Below, in pieces: positions 1 through 12,829 of a stretch of DNA of 64,000 bases. Source of the DNA: the human T2T-CHM13v2.0 reference genome, Homo sapiens; the NCBI RefSeq assembly GCF_009914755.1, contig NC_060930.1; one strand, 5' to 3'. The position numbers were made by a program, and so were the translations under genes. The notes under the pieces are model-generated. The model was not told where the DNA came from. It was given only the letters and a program-made list of their open reading frames with translations, and did no database searches. Position 1 is the first letter of the stretch; the number at the start of each line of letters is the position of its first letter.

Positions 1-331
1 TAACATGTGGTATGAGTACCCATAAAAAGATCCTGAGTAAGGGGACATACTAGACTATTCAGTATGCCCTCTGATAACTAATCCATCAGTAGATATTTGT
101 TCTTTGATATGACTTTGGCATAAATTAAGGTTGTTAGTTTCACAGTGAGGTTTCCCCTTATGTTTGATCAGAAGGCCTGAAACTTCTTGAAAAGAGATTT
201 TTAAGACTGGGAAAGCAAATCTCAGAAGCACCTTGTTCATTCCTGAGGTTCTCTAGGAGGCTGATGTCAAAAATGGTTTGGATTAGTGTTTGTCTGTGAC
301 GAGGTTTTACTCACTCGAGTAAATGAGGAGA

Positions 332-471
332 ATAAGAACAATTGTAATTTCTTTAATAGAATAATTTATGTTTATTCAATTTATTAAAAACTCTGTTCTT
401 TATAAGAATAATTGTAATTTCTTTACTAGAATAATTTATGTTTATTCAATTTATTAAAAGCTCTGTTCTTT
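332..471. repeat. 70-bp tandem duplication (2 copies)
   Basis: 332-401 and 402-471 align without gaps with 3 mismatches (339/409, 356/426, 390/460). Confidence 0.95.
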
Positions 472-2044
472 TGAGATTATATCATTCCTCATTTTTTTGG
501 CTTTAAGATTTTTTCTTTATATTTATGAAGTTTTGATGATTCCTTAAAAAACAATTACTGATCCTTGAAGTCCAAATGTCTAGAAAACCATTCTTTCTGA
601 CACTTTGCTCTCTGCTTTCAGATGTCCTTAAAAAGTCTCCTGAACTTTTGTTTTCATTACCAATCTCTAATTTCTTAGCATGTATTATATATCGCTTTCT
701 TTTGTTTCTTTTTGGAATCTAATTTTCTTATCCAGCAAACAAATCAGTTTTTATTACATAAAATAACTCAAATTAAAATTGTTTTCTATTTTATCACATG
801 TGTAAGTAACCACATTTACTTTTCATATAACGAAATTAGATTGAAAACTAGCAAAAATTTTGAGCACATTCTCGCCAAAGACATCATATAATTTAATAGA
901 CGTAGAGTTTACTATTGAGAAATTTTTCTCTGGTTGAACTGGGAGACACATAATCTCCACAGAAATCTATATAACCAATTTAAGTAACTTTTTAAGATTG
1001 CCATCCTTTTGATTTTTGAACAATAAAAGTTACACTAATGAAAGGTATGAGCAAAACTATACAAGATCTTTGGAAATTGGAATTTCTAGTAATTTTATGT
1101 CATGTTTTATAAAAAGTTTAAGTGATTTAAGTTTGACTTTCATCTTGGTTTCCTGGGTAATGTGCTAGAGAAAATGGAAATGTGTGATGACATTTTATGA
1201 ACTTTAAATCATTCTTCTCTGAAAATCACTCTGGGAGTTGCCATTTAAAAACAAACACAAATAAAATAACTGAAGAGGAATAAGTATGTTGGATTAAAAC
1301 GGGTGAATGCTACTGAAATGTATTAATGGTCAAGGCTGATCTCAAAGCCAGAACTCTCCTGTCTTTCAAAATGGAAAACACCATGCATCTTTGGCATAGT
1401 GCAAATGTGGGCAATTGTGTCTCTCAGATTTAAAGATGGAATGAATACACAGATCAGAAATTTTTGATATGGTGCTCATCTGTGAATCTGGTTTCAAATG
1501 AGCACATGAGAGCTAGCCTCATGTGTAAAACTGCACAATGTTGGTTTATTCTCTGACCTAAACAAGCAAGATATGAAAACTAAGAGCAGTGAAGTTTAAG
1601 TTTTCCCTAAGATCACTTAGTGTCTTTTGATTTTTTTAATCTGTAAAATGAAGTTGAAAAGAATAGAGGTAATGTAACATATAAAGCAAGCATCATCTAT
1701 GTTGATTTCTTTGCATGTTTTCTGTGTTGTACTGAGTTGTAGGCTGAAATGTTCAGCCACGCTAAAATGTTAAACATTTTAGATCAATACCAAATAATAA
1801 CTGCAGAATTCTCCACCTACAGAGAGCTAGAGAATTTAAAAATCAGAAAGTGTCTTCTCAGTAGACAGTGACTATGGCTGTGCAAACCCAATGCATTTGG
1901 CCTGAAAAAGGATTTAAGAGCACAGGTACTTGTTAACAGGACATATTTTTGTGTTGAACATTGTAGAATTATAGAGGTTGAGATATTGTCTCTCATCATT
2001 TTTGAGCACTTAATGTGCATCAGACTATTTACCTTCTTCATTAG

Positions 2045-2290
2045 TAATTCATTAATCTATTAAAATATCCTTTGAGCATCTACCATGTGTCAGATATTAT
2101 TTTAGGTACTGAGGATACAGTAGATCACAGTCTTCATGGGACCAGCATTAAGGTGGTGGATGGTGAGAGGACTGATGATAACCCATTCAACAAATTAATA
2201 AACAAGGTAATTTCAGTTAACAATAAATAGAAAAAGAAAATAAAACAATGAAAGAGTAGAAATTTTTTGAGGTAAGAGAGTAAATGGTGA
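2045..2290 (-). mobile_element. L2 LINE 3' fragment
   Basis: ttgagcatctaccatgtgtcagat...ggtactgaggatacag matches the reverse complement of the L2 3' end. Confidence 0.75.
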
Positions 2291-2304
2291 CTGCTCAAGA
2301 GTCT

Positions 2305-3014
2305 TCAGAATGGCTAGTATTAAAAGTCAAAAATAACAGATGTTGGCAAGGCTACAGAAAAAAGGGAACACTTACACAGTGTTGATGGGAATGTAAATTA
2401 GTTCAACCACTGTGGAAAGCAGCTTGGAGATTTCTCCAAACTTAAAACAGAACTACCTTTTGACCCAGCAATCCCATTACTGGGTTTAAATGCAAAGGAA
2501 AATAGATTGCTCTACCAAAAAGACATATGCACTCATACATTCATCACAGCACTATTTCATAATAACAAATACATAGAATCAACCTAGGTGCCTATCAGTG
2601 GTGGATTAGAGAGAGCAAATGTAGTACATACATGCCATGGAATACTATGCAGCCATAAAAAAGATAGAAATCATGTCCTTTGCAGCAACATGGATGGAGC
2701 TGGAGGCCATTATCCTAATAGAATTAATGAAGAAACAGAAAACCAAATACTGCATGTTCTCACTCATAAGTGGGAAATAAAGAACAGGTACACATGGACA
2801 TAAAGACAGGAATAATAAGCAGTGGGGACTACTAGAGGTGGGAGAGAGGAAGAAGGTCAAGGGCTGAAAAACTACCTGTTGTGTAATAAGCTCACTACGT
2901 GGGTGAGGGGATCAATCATACCCCAAACCTCAGCATCACAAAATGTACCCATGTAACAAACCTGCATATACACCACCTGAAGCTACGATGAAAGCTGAAA
3001 TTAAAAACAAAAAA
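2305..3014 (+). mobile_element. 5'-truncated L1 (L1PA15/16- or L1PB-like), ORF2 end plus 3' UTR
   Basis: Typical L1 3' sequence (gacccagcaatcccattactggg, gcaacatggatggagctggaggccatt, gtaacaaacctgcata) ending in an A-rich tail. Confidence 0.92.
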
Positions 3015-3039
3015 TCTGTCATGGAGACAAAATATGAAA

Positions 3040-3680
3040 TTTCAAACTGCCCTTTTTTAGTTATATCTTTCCCTACCCCCAACTCCTGGCAACCACTGAT
3101 TTGTTCTCCAACACTATGGTTATATCTTTTTGGGAATGTTATAACAATATTGCTCCATGCCTCAATAGACTAATACTTTGTTTCTGTATTATTGAGTAGT
3201 ATTGCATTGTATCGGTGTTCCACAGTTTGTTTAAACATTCACCCACTGAAGAACATTTAAATTGTTCATGATTTTTGGCAGTTAATAAATGAAGCTGTTA
3301 TATAGTTTAGTAGGTATAGATTTTGTGTGAACATAAGCCTTCCATTTCCAGGGTAAATAACTAGGAGAGGACTTTCTGAGTCATATAAGTATATGATTAA
3401 CTTTACAGAAAACTGCCAAACTGTTTTTCCAGGGTGGCCAAAATATTTTGTATTTCCACTAGCAAAGTGTGTGTGAGTTCCAGTTGGTCTACATCTCTAC
3501 CCACACTTGATATTTTCAATATTTTTTATTATAGTCATCCTAATAGGCACGTGCTGGCATCTCATCATGGCTTGAACTTGCATCCCTCGTGGCCAATAAT
3601 GTTGAGCATCTTTTCATGTGCAGACTTTCCATTTGTATAGCATTGCTTAAGTACCTATTCAAGGATTTTTGTCATTGGCA
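3040..3680 (-). mobile_element. Old L1M (L1MC/MD/ME-like) fragment
   Basis: cctggcaaccactgat, tgagtagtattgcattgtat, aaactgccaaactgttttcca and aataatgttgagcatcttttcatgtg are antisense L1M 3' motifs. Confidence 0.88.
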
Positions 3681-3708
3681 AAGTATTTTGCTGTCGATTA
3701 GTTTAGGC

Positions 3709-3901
3709 CAGTGTTTTTTTCATCAGCCCACAATTGGCATTTTGGCTGGTACAATTCCTGATTATATAGGCTGTTCTATACCTTGTAGCTAATTTAGCTT
3801 CCCGGACCTCAGGCACCAAATGCTCATTATGACAACCAAAAATGTCCTCATATATGTTCACATTCCACTGGGAGGATGGTACCACTCAGTGAGAACCACT
3901 A
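3709..3901. mobile_element. MER20-like hAT-Charlie DNA transposon fossil
   Basis: cagtgttt...tgacaaccaaaaatgtc...tgagaaccact; resembles the better-preserved copy at 52913-53130. Confidence 0.7.
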
Positions 3902-4249
3902 GCTTAGAAGTTAGCATTTTTCCCTGTTGCTGGGATCAGGTCAATTTTTCCTAATTCATATAGGGTTTGTGGGGGTAGGGTGGATCCCTTAACAATATCA
4001 GGTTCTTCTACATAAGAAAGGAATAAATCTTAATCCAGAAACCAGCAGTTCCCCAAGAGTTTTACTCAACTTCTTTCCCAACAGCCTATGCAATTTTTGG
4101 CTTTTACTCACAGCCTTTCTGTGAATAAAACTGAAAAGACTCTCCCTAGATGTAATAAATGTTGTCTGGACTAAGTTTTCCTATTACCTAAAGCATCTCT
4201 TGGAATTTTCACTAGGACAGGTAGAAGAGGGATGTAGCAGTTCCTATCT

Positions 4250-4330
4250 GCTTTCTTCTTCTCCTGCTCTACATTCTCCTCCTCCTCATCCTCCTCTTCC
4301 TTCTCTCTCCCTCCACCTTTTTCTTCTTTG
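4250..4330. repeat. CT-rich low-complexity tract
   Basis: Pyrimidine-rich run including ctcctcctcctcatcctcctcttcc. Confidence 0.75.
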
Positions 4331-4375
4331 ATTTTAATAGATATATTTACAGATTTATAACTGAGTTTTCAGCTT

Positions 4376-4389
4376 GTTTCCCTAGCAAC
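4376..4389. promoter_or_regulatory. RFX X-box motif GTTTCCCTAGCAAC
   Basis: Fits the 14-bp near-palindromic RFX site; identical copy at 56811-56824. Motif only, binding unproven. Confidence 0.45.
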
Positions 4390-4579
4390 TGATTTTAGGG
4401 TACCAAACATATTTTTTTAAAGTCATGATTCTATCACAACAGAAGGTATATCACCAGAAAGTCACAGTCTAGTTAGGATAAAATGTGAAATTATGTAAGA
4501 ACATTTAGAAAACATCTGTGAAGCAGTATTCTGTGACATGAACTAAGCATGTTGAGGAAACAAAGGACAGAGGAGTTGA

Positions 4580-4750
4580 AGACAGAGTCTTAGAGTGAAA
4601 GGGCAGCAGATCTGGAGTCATAAGACTATCATCACCAGGGACAATATACCTAATCTCTCCCTCAGTTTCCACATGTGTAAATTAGGAATAAAGTTCCTCC
4701 TTAATAAAGCTAACATCAGTTGAGTAACGTATGTCACAATTTCTTGAAAT
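4580..4750 (+). mobile_element. MIR SINE fragment
   Basis: tctggagtcataagac...cctcagtttccacatgtgtaaatt resembles the MIR core. Confidence 0.65.
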
Positions 4751-5689
4751 TTGGAAATGTAGGAATCTATTCATTACTACTGCAACCACCATCATTATCA
4801 TCATCGTCACTTAGTAATGAAATTTTTGCTGACATGGGAGGTAGGGAAGGAACCACGAGTAGTAAAGGAAACATAAATATAAAGGGAGATAAGTGACATC
4901 TGGGAAGATTTAGACACAGTTGTGTCTGTTTAGGATAAACTGTAGGCAAAAGTCTCAAGACTCTCAGAGATTTACTATTCATTCACTTTGAGATTTCTGC
5001 CAGCACAGCACCTCATGACACTCCTACAAACATCCTCGAACCTTCTTTAGACCCAGTGCTGCTCCCTTTTAGCAGTTAAGTCAGAGGAGTGGGAACAAGT
5101 TCTCCCAAAGAACTTGGGTATAGCCTGAGGCCGTCTTCTCCCATCTGGGACTTCTTAGATAATGTCTTCATTTTATATCAACAATGAGTGTGAATACTGT
5201 GCTTTATTCCATGATATGTTTCTATTTGTTTTAAAGTAAAAATGATGTTTTAAATGAATAAGAGCACTGCTTACCTATTCCCCTTGTGGCTAGTTAAGAT
5301 GTAATGAATTGAAATGATCCATCTTGAAAGGCTGACCTGAAACAAAGGAGCTAACACAGCATGTCATCTATGTAATTTCTCTTGGTGCTTGGATTTATCC
5401 TACATGTTTTCGTTCTTGCCACCCTCAACCCTCTCTAAAGAAAGCTGCTCCACCCACAGCCTGATGACTTTCGTGTTTTGTGCCAAGTATGTTCTCTACC
5501 CACTTCTGTGTAAAGCTAACTGAGCCAGAGGAATCAGCCTGCTCAGAATTAACACTGTGAATTATGTCTGGTACAGAGATAGGATGGGGCTTCTCTTATA
5601 ATTAGGGAATAGGATGCCAATTAGTAACGGGAGTTGGCATGTGAAAGAAGTTGGGAGTGACATGGGGGAAACAAATCTTGATCCAGTAG

Positions 5690-5915
5690 TGGAAGCCCAC
5701 AGTCTTAACTAATTTAAGGGAATGTCAGGTGACCAAAATGCTGAAAAGACATTACAGAAAATATGTGTCATGGTGACAGTGTGTGGAATGGATGAGAATG
5801 AGGAGAAATCAGGGAGCGAGATAGAGGTTTTCTCAGCTCAAAAGTGTGAGGTGAAGGTTGACTGGAGTGGGGTGTTGGCTGTGGAACCAAGACGAGTCAG
5901 ATCTATAGGAAGCTG
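5690..5915 (-). mobile_element. L2 fragment (degraded)
   Basis: Purine-rich antisense L2-like sequence (gtgacagtgtgtggaatggatgagaatgagga). Confidence 0.5.
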
Positions 5916-6989
5916 TGGTTTGCTACTCTATCTTAAAGTGTACCAGAAATGATGACTTTAGTGCTTCTTTATTCCTTTGCAAATAGAATACAACCCAAAT
6001 TTCTCAGACTTTTTAAAAAGAACACTTATCATTTTGTTGCTGGTGCAGACTCAGTGATTCATAGCAAACACAGTAAACAGTCGGGTCATCTAAGTATTTA
6101 GTCCTTAAATTTGACAAATGTGCCAATTACCATGGTCTTTGGTTTCTGGTTCAAGAATTAAAAGCCATAATCAATTTTAAAAGCTGCCACAGTTCTTTAA
6201 GAGTGAATGGAAACAGAATGTCAAGCAGCTGTCCTCCACTGATGTGCCTTGAGTTGCCATCTCTAAGCATGATGGATTGGATGCTATTTGTGTGATGTGG
6301 CACCACATTCTTTTCCTGTATAAATCCGATTGCTGTGGCCCAAATGGGGCACTCTGTGTCCAAGATCTCTCAATACTACTTAAAACATACTCTTGAGGTT
6401 TTTGTCTTTTTGTTTTTGAAATAATGCAATGTTTAGGAAATATTTCAAGCACATAGGCCCTTGTGTATTGTTGTTCAAACACATAGGTAGGTCAAACACA
6501 TGGCTGCTTTTGCCAATTTTTAGATATTTGAAAGCAATCTATTCCAGCCGTGGTAGACGTTTTTTTTTTTTTCTTCAACGTCACCTTATTTCAAAAGAAG
6601 ACCTTAAGGTTTACTGTAAAACCATTACCTAATTTACTTCCACTATGAAGACTTTAGGTGGGTGTTAGGTCGGTGAAATTAATGCCACATATATTGGAAA
6701 GAAATAGCAAGGGCCGATCAATGGAAAGGACAGAGGGAACTAAGAGCTCTTGCTTGAAAATTTTATCTGAAGGTTTTTCTCTAGCACTGATGAAACATAT
6801 CAGTTTGCTTTCAATTTGCAATAGGCAGAACCACAGTACAATTTCATATTGAAGTTTAATATTTGATATGTAGAAAATTCTAGATTTTTATTTAAAAATG
6901 TTATATTTACTTTAATCATAGTAATTTAAAACTTGGCTTCAAATTGTTGTTATGATACCTCTTCCTTCAGTAGAAATTCATGAGGAATG

Positions 6990-7280
6990 GGCCCGGCACG
7001 GTAGCTCATGCCTGAAATCCCAGCACTTAGGGAGGCCGAGGTGGGCAGTTCACTTGAGGTGAGGGGTTTGAGAACAGCCTGGCCAACATGACGAAACCTA
7101 TCTCTACTAAAAATACAAAAATTACCCAGGCATGGTGGCGGGCACCTGTAATCCCAGCTACTCAGGAGGCTGAGGCAGGATAATCACTTGAACCCGGGAG
7201 GTGAAGATTGCAGTGAGCCGAAATCCGCCATTGCCCTCCAGCCTGGGCGGCAGAGTGAGACTCCTTTTCAAAAAAAAAAA
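6990..7280 (+). mobile_element. AluS (Sx/Sz-like)
   Basis: Complete dimeric Alu with A-tail; TSD aaattcatgaggaatg at 6974-6989 and 7281-7296. Confidence 0.97.
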
Positions 7281-7461
7281 AAATTCATGAGGAATGGTGA
7301 TGCACCATGCATGATCAAATTTTGAAAGTTTTACCCTTCTCAATGAACATGGTAGTGGCAAAAATGTAAATTTGATTTTCTTGTGAGTCGTCGTGACTTT
7401 TATGATGCTGGTAGACTTGTCATGAATGTTAAGTGAATAACAGCATATTCAGCAGAGACCT

Positions 7462-7914
7462 TGATATGGTTTGGATTTGTGTCTCCTCTTGAATCTCATG
7501 TTGAATTTTAATCCCCAGTGTTGGAAGAGGGACCTGGTGGGAGGTGACTGGATCATGGGCGTGGATTTTCCCCTTGCTGTTCTTGTGATATTGAGTTCTC
7601 ACGAGATCTAGTTGTCCAAAAATGTGTAGCACCTCCCACTTTACGCTCTTCCTACTTCTCTGGCCGTGCAAAACGTAACTCCTTCCTCTTCACCTTGTGC
7701 CATGATTGTAAGTTTCCTGAGGCCTCCCCAGCTGTTTCCTGTACAACCTGTGGAACTGTGAGCCAATTAAACATCTTTTCTTTATAAATTACCCAGTCTC
7801 AGGTAGTTATTTATAGCAGTGCAAGAACGAGAACTGTGAACCAATTTAACTTATTTTCTTTATAAATTTCAGTTTCAGGAGGTTTTTACAGCAGTGCGAG
7901 AATGGACTAATACA
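7462..7914 (+). mobile_element. MSTA-type MaLR solo LTR with duplicated 3' segment
   Basis: Starts tgatatggtttgg, ends ggactaataca; 5-bp TSD gacct at 7457-7461 and 7915-7919. Confidence 0.93.
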
Positions 7915-8229
7915 GACCTCTAGTTTTACATTTATTTAAGGTTAGTTGTTGGTACCAGCCTCTCTCTAGGTAAGATTATTCGTGAGGAAGATAATATTTT
8001 CATTCTCCCCTTCCTTTGATCAGCCCAGCCACTGGTGGCTATATTTCCCTGAGTTCCAGTGTCTTCAGAAACATGTATCTCTTTTCCCCCAAGAGTCCAT
8101 TAAAATACCCTTTCCATAAATGTTGAATAACCTAACTTATATTAACTTTAAATTTGACCAATAAAGGCTATCCTTAAAGGGATGGACATTACTTTTTTTT
8201 TTTTTGGACTGTTATTTCTAATGATAAGA

Positions 8230-8620
8230 AAACTCATTTTTTATTTTTATAATTTAATACATTGTCATTATAGAATATATAGAAAATAAAGTTAAAAGAA
8301 AAATGTTCCCACAATTTCATCTCTCTAAGACTTCTTCTACTACTGTTGATATATATTCTTCATATAAAGAAATAGAACTATCCTGTGTGCAAGTTTCAAA
8401 CTGTATCTTTTCTTAATGTATGATGGTATTTTCTACCTTTAAACATGCTAATAAGCCATATTTAATATCTCCATGGTTTTGTATTGCACAACTGTTCCCT
8501 ACATCATTTAAATAATACACTATTATTTGACATTAAGACTGTGTTAATTATTTCACTATTATAAATTGTCAGAATTAACATTCTTTTGTTGAGTTCTTCA
8601 AATACTATCATGATCACAGA
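8230..8620 (-). mobile_element. L1ME-like fragment
   Basis: AT-rich antisense L1ME-like 3' sequence (taatacattgtcattatagaa...tattatttgacattaagactg). Confidence 0.55.
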
Positions 8621-9329
8621 AGAATAAACCCTGGCTGTGATACCTCATTGCCAATGAGCCAGGGACAGAGAAATTTCTTGTCCCTTGAAATTGTATCTAG
8701 TCATTCAGAAATTTTTCTGCTTGCTGCTGAGGATAGTCTTGATTGTCAGACCTTGCAAATTAACTAAAATTGAGCTAATTTGGCACTCACTGAGGGAGAA
8801 AAGTAATAGCAAATGGCAGAAAGTTTGGAGGTGCTTTATATTAGGTTGAAAACAAAAAAGTAAATTATCTGACCTATATACAACCCAAATAACTCTAAAT
8901 TTGGAAATACAGTAATGAAACAGAGTTCACTGCACTTGAGATTAGCTGCAGAGCCTTTCACATAAAAGTTATTCATGACCAAGATATTAATGATCCTCGA
9001 ATGATTTCTTTGAAGCTGTAATTCTTGGTCAGCGTCAAAGTTACGTGGTAGATGGATCAGAAACTTTGTTTGAGGCAGGTGCTGGGAAATTGAACAAAAG
9101 ACATATTCAGTGAATGGAAAAAAGATGGGTGTTACAGAAACAAAATTTGTGGGTTTTGACACTTGATTGGCTACTAAGAGAGAGAGGAAGATAGAGGGAT
9201 GAGTGATACAAACCTGGAGGTAAGAGGATGATTCTCCCATTTGTTGTGGAGGAGCAAGTTGTATGGATATGGGACAAATTCTGTTGCAGGCACTTAGACT
9301 GAGCTTCTGCCAATTTAATTTATTCCCAG

Positions 9330-10770
9330 CAGGGAACTGGAAATGCAAAATTGGAGCTAGAACAGTAAGTGCATAAAATTAATAATTTTAACTAATAAAG
9401 AGAATAAGTACCGCTTTAGAAAAAGAATGGCTACATTTGAAGGTTGAAGCAAAAAACTATGATGGCAGAGAGTAAGCAGGCAGGGAAGTAGGAGAATGCA
9501 GAGTCAAGCGGAACCCAGGAAGAATGGAACTTTGGGGACAGAAGAGGATTGAGACCTGCTGACCTATCGACGTGATGTCACTGTTGAACTTCAACTAAGC
9601 AGTTCCGCATGACTGTGGGTGTAGAAGCCAGATAATAATGAAAACTAATATCAACAAGAAGAGGCTAGAATGTGTTAAGAGTTTACTCTGTGACAGTTAC
9701 TGTGCTATGCACATAGATTGCATTAAATCATTTAATCCTTACAGCAATGGCCATGAGGCAGAGATTTTCATTGTCCCCCTTTTCAATAGTCTACAGAGAT
9801 GAAATATTTTTTCCAAGATCATACAATGTACTATATGTAGGGCACAAACTCAGGACTGTGCTCTTAACTTCTCTGCTGGTTTAATTAGCTATACATGTTC
9901 CAAGGAATTATATAGTAAGTGGTTGATGAGAGAGGGGGAGCAGTGCATAGGACCCCTCTTTGAGGAAGCTTAGCCCTGTAGTAAAGAAGACCATGAGAGT
10001 GTCCTGAGAAGGGAGGTGGTACTGTAGGAGAGGTATTTCTAGATTTAGGCATTGAGAGAAGAGCTGTTCCCAATGGGATGGTGATGTCTGTCAGTAGGTG
10101 GCTGAAGTACAATGGAAATAAAAGCCATTTTTGCTGAAAAGATCAGGTTCTACTTTGAGGCTAGGGTTCTGGAAAGGTTATCAGCATTCATAGTAAAGGG
10201 ATAGAGAAAGGAATGAGTCTCATGAGGAGTAAGATGCTGAAATCATTATGGAAAATGGGTGATGGTCCTGTAGCCAGGCAATGACAGATACAGGGCTGGG
10301 AAGATTCAGTGCTTGGGGAGAATGTGCATTTTGAGAGAGCAGAGGTTATTCAGAGATGGCAGAGAACAGTGATTGCAAAGGGTATTGGGGGTTGAGGGGT
10401 GTTTGGGCATGCACCCAGTTTACAGTGGGCATGTGGTCATGAAGGAGCATAACTGCAACTGGCTTCGATCTACTCTATTCGAAAGATGTTTATGGGAAAC
10501 AAAGCCATTGAGGGAAGGGGCAGCCATCAGTTATTGGGGAGGAGCTAAAACGAATGTTCAAGGCATAGGTTAAATATATGTTTCCCCTGAAGAGCAGAGT
10601 GGTTCCATAGGGCACAGATGAAGGCTCTGGCCTGAGCCTCTGGTGACATTATTATGTTTGAAGTATCTGTGGGTAGGAGGCTGGGAATGGACTGGTGACA
10701 GGTTTTAGTGATGGAAAGTGTAGAATGGGGAGGAGTCTTGTATTGGCTGAGTTTTAGATAATATCCCCCT
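9330..10770 (-). mobile_element. Fragmented L2, interrupted by MIR
   Basis: gtcactgttgaacttcaactaagcagttccgcatgactgtgggtgtagaagccaga resembles antisense L2; G-rich L2-like sequence resumes after about 9900. Confidence 0.6.
9665..9880 (-). mobile_element. MIR SINE
   Basis: tcatttaatccttacagcaatggccatgaggcag...ccaagatcataca. Confidence 0.75.
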
Positions 10771-11044
10771 TGCTGAAATTTCTAAGTAAGAGTTGAATTT
10801 TTGGTGTTTGCAACCTACTCCTCAAAATTAGGACTCAGTACTCAAGGCTGGTCTTGAGAAGAAGTCAGAGATAGAGAGAGTTGGTGGCACACTTGAGATA
10901 AAAATGCTGATGTCCTGGGTCATCTGGCTACTTTTAGACTTTCCTTGAAAGTCTATGTAGTAATGTTACAAACAAGATTTGTTTTAAAGAAAGAATAAGA
11001 CATTAATGTCTTAAATGTGGATATACATAAACCTAACACTGAAC

Positions 11045-11216
11045 CAGGGCTCTTGACCTTGGCTAATGAACTAGAATCCTCTGAGGATTTTCAGCAAATA
11101 CCTAAAGCCCACAAAAGATCAGTGTAAAGCTAATCTCTGTGGGTGGGGCCCTGTTATCAATATTTAAACAATACTCCTCAGGCCTTCCAACATACAGTAA
11201 TGGCTGAAAGCATCTG
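11045..11216. mobile_element. MER5-family hAT-Charlie fossil
   Basis: cagggctcttgaccttggct...tagaatc...aatctctgtgggtggggccc...ggctgaaagcatctg. Confidence 0.7.
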
Positions 11217-12124
11217 CTTTATATAAAGAACAGAAAAGAAGAAGCATAGCTGCATAATCTTTTTGTAAATGTGAACCTACTTGCTTGCTCACACTTCTGC
11301 TGGGTCAGTGCTCTAGTGTCATGAGTAAGTCTTGGTGTCACTTATTGCTGGTTCGTTATGAAGCTGCAGAAATACTGACACAAATGCTAGATTGATGCTG
11401 ATGGTACTTGTTTTACAATCAATAGTACTCCTTCATCACCCACAAAGATAAATGTTAGGTGAAAGGAAGCAAATTGGGAAACACCCTATTTACTTGTAGT
11501 GAGAGGGTCAGGCATAATTAAGATACAGCTTTATTATGTAGAGATGCTTTCTTACCCTACAAGATGGGCTCTGTATGCTCAGCTAAACACCACTACTTAC
11601 CCCCAATCTCCAATTCTAAGTCTTATCTTTAAAGCATTATTCACAATATATAAATTGAGCTCTTCCATAATTTACATCTTGCATATAATTAATAATCTAA
11701 TGTAAATTGTGTTTTCAATGAAGTAATCATTAAATAGTTTTGGAATGTCACTGTGAAGTAATATCCAAAGGAAATTAAAGAGTTTAATCCCTTTCTTTGG
11801 GTTATCTAAAAATATATTGTGTAAAACTTTATTATACTAAAGTGCAACATTGTACGTACTCTGGTTGAAATGTTGGTGACAGTTTAATAATTGTCTCAGA
11901 ATTAAACAACAAATTTAAGTTTGATTACATGATTTGATACATTGCAAAGTGGGTAGAGAGGGTTTTTCACATGGGAGCTCTTGTTACAGAAAAAAAGAAC
12001 ATCCATTCATTGATTTATTCATTTTCTTTTAAAGTAAACATCTGAAGCTCTAGTGTCTATTTAAATTCACTTCCCCTCATGTAAAGGATTAAGCCTTGTA
12101 TATACCTAAGTATATACACATACA

Positions 12125-12600
12125 TATTATTTTTACTTTATAAAAGTAATACATATTTCTGTAATAAAGGCTTAAAGCACAAATAATCAATGGAAAGAAA
12201 ATGAAAACACATATAGTATTTTTTACCTTACCATCTGCCAATAACCATGACTAATGCCTTAGTATATTATCTTCTTGCTTTATACAAACACATACATGTA
12301 CATGTACAGATATACACATTTGCACACCATGAATTCATTCTGCATATAGTGTTTAGTACTCTTTTTTGGGTCACAGCACATTTGAACATTATTGTTCTCA
12401 TTAAATATTCTTCACAATGTTAATTTGTCTGGATAGTATTTTATGGTTTGGATATTATCCTTATTTGACAGTCTGCTGCTAGACATTTAGATTGTTTATA
12501 ATTTGAGTTTTTTTGTTTTTGATTTCCATTTTTCCTAATATAATCATTGTTTGATTGCATATCTTTATAGCTAAATTCAACGTTTTTAATGATGAAACAT
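12125..12600 (-). mobile_element. L1ME-like fragment
   Basis: tttataaaagtaatacatattt...ctgctagacatttagattgttt, antisense L1ME 3' motifs. Confidence 0.7.
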
Positions 12601-12829
12601 AAAATCGTGGAAGAGAATGTTGTTTTGCCCCAGCTGGTTAAAATAGAGAAATGAGTGCAGTTTTTGTATTCTGGCAAGCTGTATGGGCATCATGGTATTA
12701 TTCCCCTACACTCTGAGGTTTTGAGAATTCTGAAAGGCTATTAAAGATGGGAAGTTCTTCTCCTGATATTCTTCACCTAACACTAACTATTTTTATACGC
12801 TTATCTTTCACATGAACTCACAGGTCCAT

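Noticed and set aside
332-471. CRISPR-like or other repeat-array system
   Set aside because: Two adjacent copies without spacers, in primate DNA; no cas-like ORFs anywhere in the window.
2588-3792. ORFs with L1-like peptides
   Set aside because: Decayed L1 ORF2 and 3' UTR fragments; no intact L1.
8836-9348. Longest ORF (170 aa, minus strand)
   Set aside because: Starts at TTG, has no recognisable domain, and borders degraded L2-like sequence; consistent with a chance ORF.
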